This document shows, piece after piece, positions 61,262 to 64,000 of a stretch of DNA of 64,000 bases. The DNA lies in the NCBI GenBank assembly GCA_033442325.1, contig JAWQFM010000020.1, forward strand, positions 605,719 through 669,718. The letters run 5' to 3'. Each line of letters opens with the position of its first letter. Within the stretch, counting starts at the first letter, position 1. The notes below the pieces were generated by a model. That model worked only from the letters and a program-made list of their open reading frames with translations, did not search any database and was not told the DNA's origin. The stretch comes from Salpingoeca rosetta. Its lineage: Eukaryota > Protista > Choanoflagellata. The translations under genes were made by a program, and so were the position numbers.

Positions 61262-61451
61262 ACACACACACACGAAGTCGCGCAGTTCCACTCACCGTTG
61301 TAGTTTGTGTTGCATGGTCGATGTAAAACACCTTGCCCGTCTCTGGGTCCCAGGCTTTGTCCCATCCATCGGGGAGTGCGGTTCCATCCTCCTCCTCCAG
61401 CATTCTGAAATCGCTCGCACCCCTCACGTTGTTCCCTCCGCCCTGCTGCAT
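58880..61451 (-). CDS. WWC1: Kibra/WWC-like tandem-WW protein, 2 exons (~690-710 aa; start 61451 or 61403)
   Basis: WW1 LPDGWDKAWDPETGKVFYIDHATQTTT|WLHPR, split by intron 61295-60851. Atypical WW2 LPSGWSRGYDEVVGDYFIDHHTWKTYLPED has the Kibra-type VGDYFIDH. Then a coiled coil, a polyQ/polyH linker, a C-terminal segment LKGWI…QKLLRA…SVEEKRASFS…LPAL resembling the Kibra C-terminus, and a hydrophobic end (DSVFTL). Confidence 0.72.
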
Positions 61452-61926
61452 CAACAACAGCACCACCACAAAACAACAACAAACAGGTGAACAACAAACA
61501 ACAAACAACAACGGCCACGTTCGTCGCAGCGGCAACAGTGATGTGAGCCAGCGGGTGCGCAAAAGCAAAGCTGAGTGATGAGGCATGACACACAGTGAGA
61601 GGCGGTGGGTCTCGCTTCTTGACACTCGCCTGGCACCCCCTGGTGGTACTACCCGTCATCAGACGAATATTTCGTGTCCTGATTTTGAATTCATCGAATC
61701 GACTTACATCAGTCTCTCACCCCTCAGAGTTTCACCCTGGCAAAAATACGCTGACGCTACCAGCATCAGCAATTTTCTCCAGAATACGAAAATTGGGCTT
61801 GCTCACTTGCTGGTCTGCTTTCACATCAGCACGACTTGTGACCGACCACCATTACCATCAGCATCTCGACACCACAGCTCGCACCCCCTCTCAAGCTCTC
61901 CGTGTCAAACTCCCCCCTCCCCCACC

Positions 61927-63739
61927 ATGGCCCCAACACACGACGAAGATGCTCCCCAGAGCAGCTCCTGGACAGATTGCTTCAAGTCCCGCACCAAGAA
62001 GCAGTGGGGTACGTGCGAGCCATAGTAAATGGTGCATGTGTCTGGGTGTGTGTGTGTGTGTGTGCTGTGTGTGTGTGTGCTGTGTGTGGTTTGTGCAAAT
62101 GTGGCATGTGCGTGCAAATGTGTGCGCATACGTGAAGAGAGGGAGTTGGGCTCGCATACGAGGTTGGGCACTTATCACGCGCACACAGTGGTGTGGTGGT
62201 TGGTTTTGGCAGTGGGGTTGCTTTGTTCAAGACTGATGGTATGTGATCTTGCGCTTGCGTCGACGACGATGATATGGTGTTGCTTACCTTGGCGCGCACT
62301 GCGCAATGGATCTCTGCTCTTCCCCCCTCCACCTTGCTTGGTTGACCACATCAGGGCAAATTGGCGGCGCCTACTTCATCCTGTACACCTTCTTTGCCTG
62401 CTGGATGGCAATGCACATGGCCATCTACGTCAGCACCACCCCAGAGACTTGCACCTTCACCAACGGTGGCAACGTCTGCATCGGCGAGCCACGCTTCTCT
62501 CGCTTCCGCCGCTCCAACATTCGCGGTGTCGACGAAAGCCCCAAGTTTGAATGCGCAGAGGGAACGTGAGTCTCCTGCTGATCTCGTCTTGTTTCGCTGT
62601 CCATGACACCCTTCTTTCATTTGTGGGGCCGTTTGTTGCGACGCAATGCTCGGTTGGTCTCCATCCACTTGATGCGGTAGCATCCACTCTGCGGCGGGCT
62701 GCAATCGGTAGCATCCTCCTATCCTGTAGCGGTGTTGCTGATGAGCTCACACTGCCTTCCATTGGCCATGTGGTCTTGTGTGTTGCATCTCAGGTGCACT
62801 GCCGCCATGGAGCTGCGCATGAACCGCGACTTCCGCTTCCACCAACTCGATGGCGATATCCAGGTCGACTGCATGCTCGAGTCGACTGAGCTCAACGTCT
62901 CCACCATTTCCTACGCCTTCTCGAATTGCCAGATCCCCGCTGATGACATTGAGAAAGTTGTGACCTCCGCCACGCCAGCCGGTGCTCTTGACATGCGCAG
63001 CTGCAACGCCAGCCAGGTGAGCGCAAAGACAAGCTGTTGATGCACGAATACGACACACCCACTGTGTCTTGGTGGGGGTTTCGCTGTGTGGTGCTGATCG
63101 CCTGAGTCATGGGTTCGACTCGCTGCTTGTTGTGTGTGCTCTCCACCGTGACTCACCATCAACTGCTGGCTTTGCTTTCACAAAACAGTCCGTGAGCATG
63201 CTCTTTGAGCAAGGCGCCATGCTCCCCTTTGCCTACGCCTTCCAGGTACGTAATGCATGTGTGTGTGCGTGTGTGCGTGCGTGTGTGTGTCGGCGAGCTT
63301 AATGCCTGAGTACCATCTGCACTGTCGTTAACACGAGTATTCCTTGCGTGCTTGTATGTGTATGTGTGTGTGTGTGTGTTGTGTCGACCCACAGCTTGAG
63401 GTTGACGAGGTGACAGTCAAGCAGGTACCCTTTGAGCTCAACGTGCACTGTACCGTCACCACCAACGAGCACTCTGCCAAGATCGATAAGGGTACGTGCG
63501 CGGGTGCATCGCATGTCGTGGGTGTATGCGCTGTGTGGGTTGGTTTGTTTGTGTTGTATTGTGTTGTTTCCAACACACTTCATGGGCCAGGGCTGTCCAT
63601 AAACGCTGCACACCAACATGCACGATGCTCACATGCCCACTTTTTGTTTTTTGTGTGTACGTACCACGACACCGTTCTCTGCCCACGCACTCGCTTCTTT
63701 GCAGATGACATGACCTTTGAGCTTCAGACACCCTTCTGA
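61927..63739 (+). CDS. ATP1B: Na+/K+-ATPase beta-subunit-like type II membrane protein, 6 exons, ~236 aa
   Basis: KSRTKKQW|GQIGGAYFILYTFFACWMAMHMAIYVSTT parallels the beta-subunit GRT…W..I..FY..FY TM with its Y-x3-Y pair. Also C…EG|TC…LRMNR (cf. G.PC…KLNR), IQVDC and LNVHC (third disulfide), and terminal strand MTFELQ. All junctions are phase-consistent GT-AG. Confidence 0.75.
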
Positions 63740-64000
63740 GCAGCACGAGGGTTGATGAAGAACCTCGCCTCGCTACTCGTGGCTCACAGCGACACATTTG
63801 TGTGACTGTCATGGTTCCGAACCAACTCCAACCCCCATGCACACACCTTCCTTCTTCTCAACTCTTCTCAGTTTTGGTTTCTGGCCCCCTACCCTTTCCC
63901 ACCTTCCAGCGACTATCAATCACAAACGCACACCCCAGCTACCACACGCGCTTGCTCACTCGCACCTAGTCCAACGAGAAGCAACACCACCAATACCATA

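Noticed and set aside
63070-63125. GGTTCGACTC T-loop-like string suggesting a tRNA
   Set aside because: No acceptor stem, D-arm or anticodon arm can be folded; lies inside an ATP1B-like intron.

Overview
Eukaryotic, intron-rich genomic DNA: GC-rich exons, GT-AG introns packed with (CA)n/(GT)n microsatellites, and a 100-N assembly gap at 15-114. Gene content and intron style point to a choanoflagellate, most likely Salpingoeca rosetta (inference). I assembled 12 protein-coding genes by hand from splice sites and reading-frame phase. In order: a giant ADGRV1/VLGR1-like Calx-beta adhesion receptor (-, >5,500 aa, runs off the left edge); FAM210 (+); a SUCO/Slp1-type mid-SUN protein (-); V-ATPase accessory Ac45/ATP6AP1 (+); a small RSA3-domain protein (+); a secreted bacterial-type CAP + 4 PAN/apple protein (-); SNAPIN (+); TAF4-like (-); SmD1 (+); a 3xPTB HM-motif tyrosine kinase (-); a Kibra/WWC-like WW protein (-); and a Na+/K+-ATPase beta-subunit-like protein (+). 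Ten of the 12 genes sit in head-to-head pairs. Most short ORFs in the supplied track are microsatellite or antisense shadows, and the track misses the ~1,600-codon last visible ADGRV1-like exon. Top leads: a fixed-spacing bipartite motif (TGGYA-N6-GWRGATTTKCCRT) in three promoter regions; polarised 5'-(GU)n / 3'-(CA)n intron repeats that may fold introns for splicing; a tetrad-less bacterial-type CAP domain fused to PAN repeats; an Ac45 lacking its LAMP-like domain; and pre-metazoan Kibra and Na-pump beta genes sharing one promoter. No tRNA, rRNA, CRISPR or transposon was recognised. Homology calls rest on motifs recalled from memory, not database searches.
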